Shown here piece by piece: positions 13,152-24,399 of a stretch of DNA of 64,000 nt. The notes below the pieces were generated by a model, which saw only the letters and a program-made list of their open reading frames with translations, ran no database searches and was not told the DNA's origin. The DNA lies in assembly GCA_030704615.1 (NCBI GenBank), contig CM060734.1, forward strand, positions 8,866,001 through 8,930,000, read 5' to 3'. The position numbers and the translations under genes were made by a program. This DNA is from Takakia lepidozioides (taxonomy: Eukaryota > Plantae > Bryophyta). The first letter of the stretch is position 1. The number at the start of each line of letters is the position of its first letter.

Positions 13152-14123
13152 GTCGTACCATCGTCTATTCGGGCCCTCTTTGCAAGTCTGTCTTCTTCCT
13201 GCAATGGCTGTTCTTCCTCTTCCTGCCCTGCGGCTGTCTCACTTCCATCTTCCTCCAATGTTTCTGCTCGTTGCATGATTCCCAAAGTGGTATGTTCTTC
13301 TGGTATCAAGTGCACCATATGTCGGATCATTTGCAGAAGTAGGGGAGTCACCATGGTTACAGTCGACTTGTTCTTCTTCTTCGTCAGTCGGGTCAATTCT
13401 TGGATCAGCATCTTCAACAAGAAGCCTACCCAATTCACGATTTGCCCGTTTGAGGCAAATCAACACCTGCTCTATCAGCTCCTTGGTGCAATAGATGTGG
13501 TTTTGCCTAAGGCAAAGCAAAGTGCTAAGCACTGGGCATATCTTTTTAAAACCTGGATTTTTGCTACGGCTGCATGTGTAGCCCTGATCAGCTTGGTTGA
13601 GATTCTTGAACAGGTCCGTGATTACAAACCTTGGTGGTTTGCTATTATGTGCTGGGACGTCCTGACTGGGAAGATGAGACACCTCCGCCAAGTATTTCTC
13701 GGTCAGTAGGATTCGTGTGTCGCGGACGCTCGTGGATTGAGCGTTGGTGTTGTAGTTCTCCAAGAACTCCCTGCATAGATCGTCGTGCTTGAGGTTCCAA
13801 TCCAGGGTGTTGATGAAATACCGCAAGCCAAGACCGTCCAATGTCTCCTGCATTTCTGCGTCTTGCTCAATCTTCCTCAAAACTAGGCTGATTCTGAAAC
13901 CCACCTGCGCATAAGGACCTGGTGTCTTCCGCTTGGTGCCTGTCATTTCCCTTAGTCTTGTTGTTGCTGTAAGGAATTGGATAACTAATTCATGTATCAA
14001 CAGCAGTATGAAGCACACAGTTGGAAATTGTTTAAACAACAATTTCCAGTTCGTGGAAGAGGAAGTGTGGAGAGCCTTTCTAGGTTTAAGTAGGGGTTCT
14101 GCCCTTTGAGCTTCCACTTGCAC
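13152..14123 (-). pseudogene. Extra ORF downstream of pol (Athila ORF2/'putative plant transposon protein'-like); continues at 6656-6076 beyond E1
   Basis: LDGLGLRYFINTL..DDLCREFLENYN..VRDTRILLTE resembles the 'LVREFYAN..VRG..I' motif of Athila extra ORFs. The Q/E-rich tail lies at 6076-6623. Confidence 0.55.
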
Positions 14124-15191
14124 TTCTCTAGAAGTTCTCGTGGAGGTAATTCTGTTGTGCTATCCTTCTGGGTTTAAAGTGGAGTTAGCTTTAAATGTTG
14201 GGCCAGCGCTTACCATGAAGCACTTGGCTTCTAGTAACGGTTTTGGATGTAATTCATCCTTCTTCTGGACGCGATTGATTTTCTTTCGTCGGTGTTTTCT
14301 TCGTGGTTCATCTTGGATTTGGATGACAGTTGTTGATGATTGCCTTGGTGTGCTTGTTTTGCGTTCATCCATCTTGGATGAACTAGGGCTTGGAAAAATG
14401 TGGGAGCATCGAGGATGCAAAGGGAGTGTTGGACAATATGGCCGAACTCGCGGCGTGTGCGCAATACTCGCAGATCGGTTTAATGGTTTTGCCCTTATCT
14501 TCCGCCGTCTTTTGGCAATCCGTTGGATTGCGCCGTCGTTCTCGCTCCATCTTATGATCGATAGGTCGTGGTGCGCTGTCGCCACGGTCGGTTGGTGCAT
14601 CGTACATCTCAGACTTCAGCACGATGAGTGACTCATTGGCTGCTTCGTATTCGTTCACGGTTCTGTAGGGCATATGTGATGGCCATGGCTCTCCATACGG
14701 TATACGTGGCGGTAGTGCCGTAATCCAAATTCGTGGTGGTCGAAACGCGGCTGTGCCCTGAACTCGTATTGCCACTTTTTTCAATACTTGTTGATCCACC
14801 GTGGTATCGTGATGGATATAGTAAGCGCTGGAGGTTTCGCGTTCTTCATCTGCCGTTTGGTCTTCTTCGTTGGCATATAAATTATGGATGAGGGCTCTGT
14901 CGTGTATCCCTTTCTAGCCCTTTAACTTGTTGATATTCATTCATCCCACAAACTCTTGTTCCGAGGTCTGCAAATCAACAATTCCATTGGCATGTACCTT
15001 TTTTATTTGAAAAGGCCCCATCCATGGCATTTTCAATTTACCTCCCAGTTTAATCTTTTTGATTTTTGGTAGCCACAAAACGATTTCTCCATCCTGGAAA
15101 GATTTTACTTTCCCTTCTTATACTCTCTTCTTTTGTTGCTCTTGAATTCGTGCCATGTTATCCGCAGCATCTGCTTGGATTCTTCCACATG

Positions 15192-15374
15192 ACAAAAAAA
15201 AAACAAAAAAAACAAAAAATGATGCGTTGCCGAAGCAAGCGTAACTTGACCCCATAGGGCTACTGCCTTCCGGTGGGAAGGTGGACACCGTAATGACTTC
15301 CAACAGGTGGATTGAACCCACTACCACTCGTGAGAGGGTATGTGCCCTTACCACTAAGCTACATGCTGGTTGTC
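15192..15374 (-). mobile_element. tRNA-derived SINE, copy 2 (inserted in integrase)
   Basis: A-box TAGCTTAGTGG, B-box GGTTCAATCC, 3' TTGC-TTCG-GCAA hairpin and a T-rich tail. Imperfect TSD TTCCACATG / TTCCAGATG. Confidence 0.8.
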
Positions 15375-16747
15375 TTCCAGATGGAACAATTCATGTTCCC
15401 TGACTCGTAGAGACTCCTCCAGACCCCATTGCTCATGAGTCCAGGTTTGTAGTGTGGGTATCATGCATTCAACGGGTAATAGTACCTCCGCTCCATACAC
15501 CAGTTGGAATGGTGTATGTTTCGTGTCACCTTCTATGAGGTTCTGAATGCCCATAGTGTCGTGTTCATCTTGGTATCCCAATCTGTTTGATTGGCGTTCA
15601 CTATCTTAGTCAAGATAGTGCACAAGATCTTGTTGGTAGACTCTGCTTGGCCATTACCCTGAGGATAATAAGCAGTACTCTTGTGATGTACAATCATGAA
15701 TTCTTCTGTCAGGCATTTTATGGCATCATTCATAAAATGTGATCCTTGATCACTGACAAACTCCAGTGGACAACCAAATCGTGTGATGATGTTCTCGTAT
15801 AAGAACTTGGCTGTTGACTTGGCAGTGTTATCTCTTAGTGCCTTGGCCTCTACCCACTTGGTAGTGTAATCAGTGGCTATGAGGATGCATTGGTTCTGTG
15901 TATACTTAGCTGGAGGTTTAATGGGTCATACGAAGTCTAGCCCCCAATGCTGAAATGGCTCTGTTAGTAGTGTTGGGTGCATAGCTCCTTTTCCACTTCT
16001 TTCTACTGGTCCCATTCTTTGGCAGACATCACATTGCTGGCAATGTTCATAAGTGTGTCCGAAAATAGTAGGCCACCAATATCCTGCTAGTAATATCTTC
16101 TTTGCTGTCAGGTCTAAACTGAAGTGTCATCCTGCTATTCCTTCATGTAATTCTTGTATCACCATTTTGGCCTATCTCCTCATGATGGAATAATTCCTTG
16201 ATTGTAAGGAATTCCTCTGATCATCGTGTATGGTTTGCTTTTCATTGAAAGCTTTGTCCTGTCATCTTTCGTGTAATCTTCAGGAAATTTTCCTATGTTC
16301 AGATAGTATTTGATTGGCCACTGCCAATCATCTGGATCTTGATCTTGTGGTTCTTGTGGTTATTCCTTGGTAACTGCGTAAGCCCCAATGCTAATGTTGG
16401 TCAATCCTTGAGAGATTGGCTCCTCATTTTCCTTGTCATCGTCTTCTGGTTCCGAGTCTTCCTCATATATTGTTTCTCCTTCATCTGTGGATTTTGCATC
16501 TTCATCTGTCTCAAACAATTTAAGAGAATCTGGAAAATCATAATTCGCTTGAAACACTCCTAGAGCGTCCAAAGGGTCTATATCTTCTTCTTGTGCTTCT
16601 GGTTGAACAACAAATAGAAATGCATCGGGAAGCTGATCCTCTACTCTTTTGTTGGTTCTCCGGTGGTAAGTCTTGACAGATGATCTGTTGTAACATGTAA
16701 TCTTCTAGGTTTATGAACAACTTCAAAATCATATTCATGAAGAAATA

Positions 16748-16928
16748 GACAACCAACATGTAGCCCAGTGGAAATGGGCACATACCACATTGGATGTGGT
16801 TGTGGGTTCAAACCACGGTCGGGTGTGTCATGAAGGTGTCCAACTTTCAGCTGGAAGGCACTGGTAGCCCTTGTGGTGAAGAGACACCATAAGTTACGTT
16901 CCCTTTGGGAGGCGTCATACTTCTTTTT
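16748..16928 (+). mobile_element. tRNA-derived SINE, copy 3 (inserted in RNaseH)
   Basis: A-box TAGCCCAGTGG, B-box GGTTCAAACC and a T tail. 14-bp TSD TTCATGAAGAAATA (16734-16747, 16929-16942), which duplicates the host peptide LFLHE. Confidence 0.88.
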
Positions 16929-17779
16929 TTCATGAAGAAATAATATCCATCGAGCAACCCTGCCACTAGCTAGTGGTCGATTTGCCAAATGAACCAAAGC
17001 CTGATGATCAACAATAAATCTTAAAGCAGGTTCGCATGGGCTAGGGCAGCACAGGCTATCACAAGTATGGGGTATGACAGCTGTGACCCTCATTACTGAG
17101 TGGTCACAGCTCCACACAGCCTCACACAGGTCACAGGGTGCTGTTATCACAAGAAGGGAACATGAATGTGGTATGTCATCAATATAGGGAACAACAGTAC
17201 AGATCATGCTGACGTAACCGACGGTTAGAGTAGTAACAGTTAGTTAGACGGTTAGAACAGCTTGCAGGTAGAAAAGAGGGACTAGCTACGGAAGGCGGAT
17301 CATGACTTCTGGGGCGCATGGACTGGGAGTACACAGGGCGAGTATGCGGAGGAGGAGAGAGACGATGGAGGGAGCTTGATACTTGCAAGCTCTAGAGATG
17401 ATACTATAGAGTAGATTTAGATACACCATGGCTTTGGCCTGACGCTTGTTAGTTATAAATACAATACATACTTCATACTCACACTGTGTAGAGAGACCTG
17501 AGAGAAGCTGTGGAATGTGTACCTAAATATAAGATGGGACTTGGCAGATCATAGAAGCAATCTGATACATAACTCTAGGCTGTAAGGTATCTTAAATAAA
17601 CCATGAATGCAAGAAGGAATAGAAATATGAAAGCACCTCCATGATACGCTAGGTGTAGGTCATGACTGATTGTTCTGAGCGGGCTGAGTACTTAGAGATT
17701 TCTAACTCTTCTACCTTAGAGTTCCCACCCCGGATAGCTAAGGGATGGGTGAGTAAAAGCTGCTCAACAAAGACTTAAT

Positions 17780-18965
17780 GCTCATGCCGATCACATTTCC
17801 CGGTTGTCAGAGAAAACAGGAGACGAGCCTATTGACGATGATTTTCCGGATGCGTTCTTGTTCTCCATAGAGACATTTCCTCCATGGTATGAGCACATTG
17901 CTCAATATTTGAGCACACTAGAATTTCCCCCGGGGATGGATCGACACGCACGAAGAAGGCTTCGATTGCGCAGCATGAAGTATGCCCTGGTGGGAGGGCA
18001 GCTTTATAGAAGGGGATTGGATGGACTCTTAAGGCGATGCGTCACCCCAGAGGAGGCTCCCCAGATTTTAGAGTCGGCTCATGACAGTATATGCGGAGGG
18101 CACTTTGCAGGGCGGCTCACGGTGTAGAAAATTTTGAGGGCAGGATACTACTGGCCCTCCATGTTCAAGGATACGCACATGCATGTGCAAAAATGCGATT
18201 TGTGTCAAAGGTACGCAAAACGGGATAACAGGCTTGGAATGCCGTTAGTTCATACACTCCCTCTTGCTCCGTTTGAGAAGTGGGGGATCGACTATGTAGG
18301 GGGAGTGCACCATGCATCGAGTCAGCAAAATTGCTACATCATCGTAGCCACCAAGTATCTAACCAAGTGGGCAGAGGCCAAGGCGGTTAAGAAGGCCAAT
18401 CGATGCACAGGTGGAATGCGCCAATCAGACATTGTGCAACATCCTCTCCAAAACAATTCGGGAGCACAAACGGGATTGGGATACCAAGTTGATCTCGGCC
18501 TTGTGGGCGTTTCGCACGACCCATAAAGTAACTACTCGACACACCCCCTTTCCATTGGTTTATGGGGTGGAGTCCATCTTGCCGATCGAGACAAAAATTC
18601 CATCTTTACGACTGGCCATCACCGAAAGATTGGCAACATCCGAGTCATTGAAAGAGCGACTTGAGATGTTGGATGGATTGGATGAACTCCGGCAAGCGGC
18701 AGCTCAACACATAGAAGCGGTACAACGAAGGAGGAAAGCTCGCTTCGATCTTAAGCACAAAAAGAGGATTTTTGATCCAAGAGATCTGGTACTGTTATTC
18801 GACAGTCGGAACGAGGAGTTCAAGGCCAAGTTCGACTCATATTGGGTGGGACCATACTTAGTCAAGACAGTCTTTGACAATGAATCTTTACAATTGGAGA
18901 CACTATGAGGAGTGGAGTTACCCAACCTGGTAAACGGTGTCCGATGCAAGCACTACTACATGTGA
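17780..18965 (+). pseudogene. Integrase remnant of a second non-chromovirus Gypsy element
   Basis: ADHISRL..PWYEHIAQYL..LYRRGLDGLLRRCV..HDSICGGHF..AGYYWPSM..CDLCQR..FEKWGIDYVG..TKWAEA..ALWAFRTT..TPFPLVYG..WVGPY. Contains stops and an internal deletion. Confidence 0.85.
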
Positions 18966-19433
18966 GTTTTCCTTAACCAATGAAACCCCCCCGTCTTAAG
19001 GGAGAAATCTTTAGGATTTCGTCCTGGTTTTTTCGGAAGGAAATGTTGGTATTTCCTATCCATTGACTCATTGGTTATTGGAGTTCATAACGAGCTGGAG
19101 TGCGGGGAATTTAAATTGCAATAATCCAATGAAACTTCTCCACTGGGAAGCAGTCAGTAGGGCTCTTACCCAGGTAGGTTATTGAACACCCTTTCTTGGA
19201 GTTTCAAGAGTAGATCTTGGGATGCGTGGCAACGCAGTTGCATTAAAGAGGTGATTTGTTCCCCAGTGTGATTTTTGGGTAGTTATTAGAATCCACAATG
19301 ACATACCTTGGGATGCGGGGCACATAGAGTGCAGTAATCTAACCCACGTCGTAGAATAAAAACTTGTTTGATATGACATAAGCTATGAAAGCTATGACCA
19401 TCCAATTGCCAAGTAGAAGACTTCATACATCTT

Positions 19434-19621
19434 TGTCGTGCGCATACATATCGCTACACAACTACATCGCTGTCCAAAACCACACAACACATGTGCACGC
19501 CACACACTAGTATACCACTAGTCCACCACTAGTCCAGCCACTAGTCCAACCACTAGGCTACAACTAGTCAGTCACTAGGCTGCCACTATGCTGCCCACTA
19601 TGGTAGTCACTAGTCCACACA
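19434..19621 (-). repeat. Probable 3' LTR of M1 with ~10-bp CCACTAG tandem repeats
   Basis: Starts with TG immediately after the PPT. About 10 CCACTAG-like units at 19500-19615. The distal boundary is uncertain. Confidence 0.55.
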
Positions 19622-19880
19622 ATCGCCCCCCTAGCTGGTGCTTAGGTCCCTCTAAGTCCAGGTAGCCACAAGATGTGATAGTGACCATAGCCTCACTAAG
19701 TCCTCCACCACTGTCCCTACTACACTCAAACTCGATAGATCAAGAGGCCGGGTGCAAGAGTTGCCCCATCGTTAGTCGCCGTCTTGCAACCTATGAATTT
19801 GAGCCTGGGATTTCGTATTGATGACTATAGAGCTTGGCCTCCCATGTCTTGTTAGCTGCCTCTAGTCATGTCCACTGCCA

Positions 19881-20535
19881 CTATCCCAAGTAGTGTGGAC
19901 ATAACCAATCTCCATCAGGAACCCTCTCAAAGGTGGTGTCAAGCATCCCATATGCCAACCCTCTTGAGCATCGATCACACACCAGCATGGTGGCTGCCCC
20001 TTTGGCAGACCCACAGAGCATGCACCTCAAACCTGCAGGTACCACTGCCAAGTTTGGGTCAACTTTGCCATCGACATTGGGAAGGCGACATGGCGCACAA
20101 TTACGCATATGTTCTTTCCAAGTCATGCCATCCCGACCCTCCAAGATCAGGACTCCTGATGGCAACACCTCTCGAACACTCAGAATAACACGCCCTGTAG
20201 TGACATCCAGGGTCGTAGGAGCAGTCTGCTGCAAATAAACATAGTCACCAGGGCTAGACCTCCAAACCAGGACGATATCCTCCACCACGTATAGTGGCAT
20301 ACCTCAACGTATCACGGTGTTGTGCAATGGCAAGGTTCTCAAAAGCCATGGGCATGACTTTCTTGAACAACTCTGCACGCTGATCACATGCACGTACCCA
20401 CACGTCCGGATTGTCAAGGTTAAGGATTTGAGCATTGTCCCTACGAATGGCTGCAGGCAAATCCGGCTCTCGGCCAAAGAGAAGGAAATATGGTGAGAAA
20501 GAGGCAAGTGATGCTTGTTTGCTGAACCTGTAGTC
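19881..20535 (-). pseudogene. Integrase C-terminus plus PHD zinc finger of M1
   Basis: YRFSKQASLASFSPYFLLFGREP and PGDYVYLQ. Then CMLC..MLVCDRC..(WHMGC, recovered across a frameshift)..VPDGDWLCP, a C4HC3 PHD pattern whose final Cys position reads Tyr here. Confidence 0.85.
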
Positions 20536-21500
20536 CATGCTCCAATCCGTATGTAGCTGAAAGGGACGCCCCCTGATAGGTCGTCTCAGGATAGGCGCCG
20601 AGGTCAACCTCGCCTTGAGCTCTTGAAAAGCTCGTTCCTGATCTTCCCACTGCACTCCTGGTCCACCTTGGTCAGCTTGGTTAGAGCCTTTGCAATGGCA
20701 CTAAATCCCTTGACAAACCGTCTATAATAGTTTGTCAACCCCATGAAAGCTCGAACTCAACTCACATCCGTAGGGCGTGGAATTTGTGCAATGGCCTCTA
20801 TCTTTGTCTGCTGTACCCCCAATCCTCGAGGATATATCATGTGACCCAGATACTCAATCTGGTTGTGGAAAAACTTGCACTTCCCCGGATGCAACTTCAA
20901 TCCGGCGCTCTCAAGCGCTCCAATACCACCTGAAGGTGTCTCTCATGCTCCTTCACCGTAGCACTAAAGATGATGATGTCATCTATGTAGCACCGAGCAA
21001 AGTCTACCCCTGCTAGAATCTTATCCATGACTCTCTGAAATTCTGTAGGAGCATTCTTAAGCCCAAATGGTAAGAACCGCCACTGATATAGGCAATCTTT
21101 GCCGTGCTCATTGATCCCCCATAATGTCATCTTCTGCTTGTCCGCCTCCTTGATTGGCAACTGGTGATATCCGGATCGTAAATCTAAAGTGCTAAAGACC
21201 TTAGCATGCCCGATGGCATCAAAGATCTCCTCTGGTGTTGGCATGGCATACTTATTGGACTTGGTCTGACGATTTACAGGCCGGTAATCACCGCACATAC
21301 GTCTCTCCGTCCAATTGCCATAGACATCCTTCTTGGCTGGCATCACTGTGGCTGAAGCATACTCTCCACCAGAGAGCTCCACCAAACCTGCCTCCCAGAG
21401 ATCTTGAGTCCTCATCTAAATCAAAGACCTCTCCATGTCACTGTATCTATAGGATCTCCGAAAGATTGGCGTGTCAGTGGCCAACTCTTTATATCTCTTG
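20535..21500 (-). pseudogene. Reverse transcriptase and RNaseH start of M1
   Basis: [48 protein letters not shown]. Confidence 0.93.
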
Positions 21501-21989
21501 ACCCTTCAGTGCTCCCAAGTCCTTCAAACTGAAGGCAAAGCAATTCCTGTAAGCCCTCAGGAACCGCCGTATACGTCGTCTCTCTCCTCCGGTGACAATG
21601 GGTCCAATGTCAGGCTCCCAATTGTCCTCCGTAACTGCAACCTTAAGTCCAGTGGGCTTAGAGGTAGAGGACGCGTCCAATGGTTGCTATGTTGCAACCT
21701 CTTGAGCAGTACTCCCTACCTGCTCAGTCAATGACAAGGCCTCATCCTGCCCCATCATCTCATCCTCGAGGACTTCCTCAACCGAGAAAAATCCCCAACC
21801 TCATCCATCACGCCACCTTGGCTGCCAACTCCCTCTGAACCTCGAGCACCTCCCACGTGTGCCATGGATGCCTACACCCCGTGGTCCTCTCATGCTCGCC
21901 CCCACTCACTGCCTGTACCGTCTCGGTAGGCAGAGAGACCATCGAGGGAAGTGTACTTTGCACTCTGCGTTGCTCAGCCATAGCCAAGC

Positions 21990-22940
21990 TGATAATCCAG
22001 GTCAAGCAATTGAGATCCATTGCTTGCCCCAACACCTGACGACGTGATGCCTCAGAAAGAGACGCACCGCGTGGTACCAGTGGTAAAACCCATTGCCCGC
22101 TCACGCTCGTCAGCATTAGGCTCCACTAACTGCTGCAACTGAGCATCCCACAGGAGGCCAGGTCCACTATCCCGGAAAACATGCGATCCTGGGAAGCTGA
22201 GCAGTGTAGGTAATGCTGCTCGTGGTTGACCCACCTTGTTGACCACTGCCAAAGGCGAACGGTCATCGTGTCTCACACGCTGAGACTGCCTCCCTGTGTC
22301 CAAAATGCTATCCACTGTGAGGTGTGCTGGCCGCTGCACCCCATCAAATGCACGCTTGAGCAGTGCGGGTGGCATCAAGTTAGTCCACCATAGCCGTGGA
22401 CGATGAGCCCGTGACCCCACTGTAGCTGCATCTAGCAACACTGCTGACCCAAGCCACGACCGGACTTGATGCACACTGGCCATCACCCTGGCCCGAGAAT
22501 CGCCCATCAGTGGCACATTCTCCAAGATGTATGCTGGAGATACAGCTTGATGAAGCTGCAAGTGGCGCAAAACCCGCACCATCTCCCAAAACAGACCCGA
22601 CCTCGAGTCTCGCAATCCATTGCCATGCCCGGCTGATGAATGCCCTTGGCAGGGCCAACCTGCCACTACCAGATCAATGGAGCCAACCCGCTCCAAATCC
22701 TGCGCCCCCAGCAACGAAATGTCTGCTGGCAAGGCCTGCTGATATCCACGAACTGCAGACACCGGCAACAACTCAGGGTACTGCTGCACCAACTGAGCAA
22801 CATGGAAAGTGAAACGCGTCGTGCAGTCGTCCCTCTCCACATACAGGTAACGCCGAACTCGTACACCTGCTGTAACACAACAGCCAATCCGGTGCTGATC
22901 CCGCCAAACAAGTCCAGAAGACAAATGCCTTCATCCGGAT
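21990..22940 (-). pseudogene. C5 cytosine DNA methyltransferase domain (DNMT3-like) within pol of M1
   Basis: Motif I LLDLFGGISTGL, II RYLYVE, IV DLVVAGWPCQ, VI YILENV, VIII AHRPRLWWTNL, IX ERERAMGF, X RRQVLGQAMD. Canonical order, with frameshifts near 22875 and 22055. Confidence 0.92.
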
Positions 22941-23234
22941 ACTGCCACACAATAGGTGTGGTGTCCAATGGAGACAACTGAGGTGGTCCTGGTGCAATCC
23001 CCGCACTCTCCTCCTCTCCTGATGGTACAAAAGCCTCCACCCAGGCTTGTTGCACCCGTCGATCAGCAACCCGCTGCAAATCCTTGCTCGTGCCCCAATG
23101 GAGTCTGAGCAACCATGGCAGGCAACTCCGCCATACCATACATGTCATCCTGCTCTCCTGGAGGTGGTCATCCTCTGAATGAGCGTTGCCCTCAAGCAAC
23201 TCTCTAGGCCAACTCACTGCAGCTGTGAATGCTG

Positions 23235-23680
23235 CTAGTGTCGGCATCTTTTCGCTGGGCAACCGCAACTCCTCCTATGAACGTCACAGGAGCTGCACAC
23301 GCCGCCCTCCCCTGACTGCCATCCAGGCCTATAGGAAGCTGACTCCTCCCAAAAATCCAGGGTGAAGCCCATGGGGTACAACACTGCCCCACCAACCAGG
23401 ACATCGTATGAGACCGCGTCTGTCACAATGGCCTTGGCTCGCATCACTGAGCCATCTGTAGGGTGATCCGGCCGTAGTCTAGCCATGTCATGCCCCGAGC
23501 CTGCTCCGATCCTCCCAGAGACGTCTGTATCTGGAAAGGACAAGGCTCCATATCCGCCTCCGTGAGGCCCAAGCCTGCAATAGCAGCTCTGCCCAGCATC
23601 AATGGCTGAGCTCCCGAGTCCAACAAGACCCGCAGTGGCCGGTACCTCTTGCCTGCCGGTCCACTCAAACAGAAAATGCA
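23235..23680 (-). pseudogene. Aspartic protease of M1
   Basis: RPLRVLLDSGAQPLMLG ... YDVLVGGAVL. Confidence 0.85.
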
Positions 23681-24399
23681 TCCTGGTTGTCTAACATGAC
23701 AACTCCAGGTGTCACCATGGCGCGCTCAATGGCTGGCCTAGCTGGCAGCTCCATCAACCTGGCAGCTGCAGCTTGCCATGGGCGCCGCCGTGGCAGTCTT
23801 GACCCTCAAATCCGAGGATCCTCCGGCACTACACCTCCCACTATCTCCGCAGAAGATGAAGTAACCTCCCCACTCTCACAGAGTGTAGCTGCCAGCCTGA
23901 ACACCTCAGCTGGTCTTACCCCCGGCGTCGCAATCATGGTAGCCGAGAACAATGGAGCCTGGCACACAGATGTGGCCGCTCCTAGCAGCACACTAGCTGC
24001 CGTAGCCTTGGCAACACTAGGTAGTGGTGCTGCCCGTGTAGCTCTCCCCAATGGCATAGTAACCTCCGCCTCGGTAACAGTCGGGCGAGAACTAGGTGCC
24101 ATGGATGGCGTCGACACTGTCTCCGCCAATGTGAATGACTGAGGAAGCCTAGCCTGACGGCTTGCCTCCCACGCTGTGGATCCAACTCCACCTCTGCACC
24201 TCGTGGCTCAGGAACTCGTGCTGCTCCTCGAGTCACGCTGCAGCAGACTCCACCTGCACTAGTGGTAGTGCTGCTCCACACATGAATCCATGCCTCCCAT
24301 ATCTCCTCCCTCAGGAGCAGGAGGTGGACCATCCGGCCTTGGAGCCGGTACCACCCGAGCTGTAGCCATGGCAGCGAGCCTCTGCTCTAGCTGCTGAAG

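Larger units (their letters stand above)
6076..17020 (-). mobile_element. Non-chromovirus (Athila/Tat-like) Ty3/Gypsy remnant: RNaseH end, integrase, 3' extra ORF; interrupted by chromovirus E1 and two SINEs
   Basis: FIVDHQAL..RVARWILFLHEYDFEVVHKP (RNaseH, ~17020-16650). [43 protein letters not shown] and [14 protein letters not shown] (integrase, ~16200-14930, degenerate). No LTRs identified. Confidence 0.8.

Noticed and set aside
17021-17779. Possible LTR fragment between two truncated Gypsy pol remnants
   Set aside because: No second copy, TG..CA boundary or TSD could be established, so it is left unannotated.
19230-19435. RING-like peptide on the minus strand (GHSFHSLCHI..YCTLC)
   Set aside because: It is short, depends on a local CATAGCTT duplication, and lacks the first Cys pair. 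An HMM search would be needed.
21990-22940. Host DRM/DNMT3 gene or bacterial restriction-modification contamination
   Set aside because: The domain is intronless, sits between protease and RT at the same position in two copies, and has no neighbouring host domains or bacterial genes.
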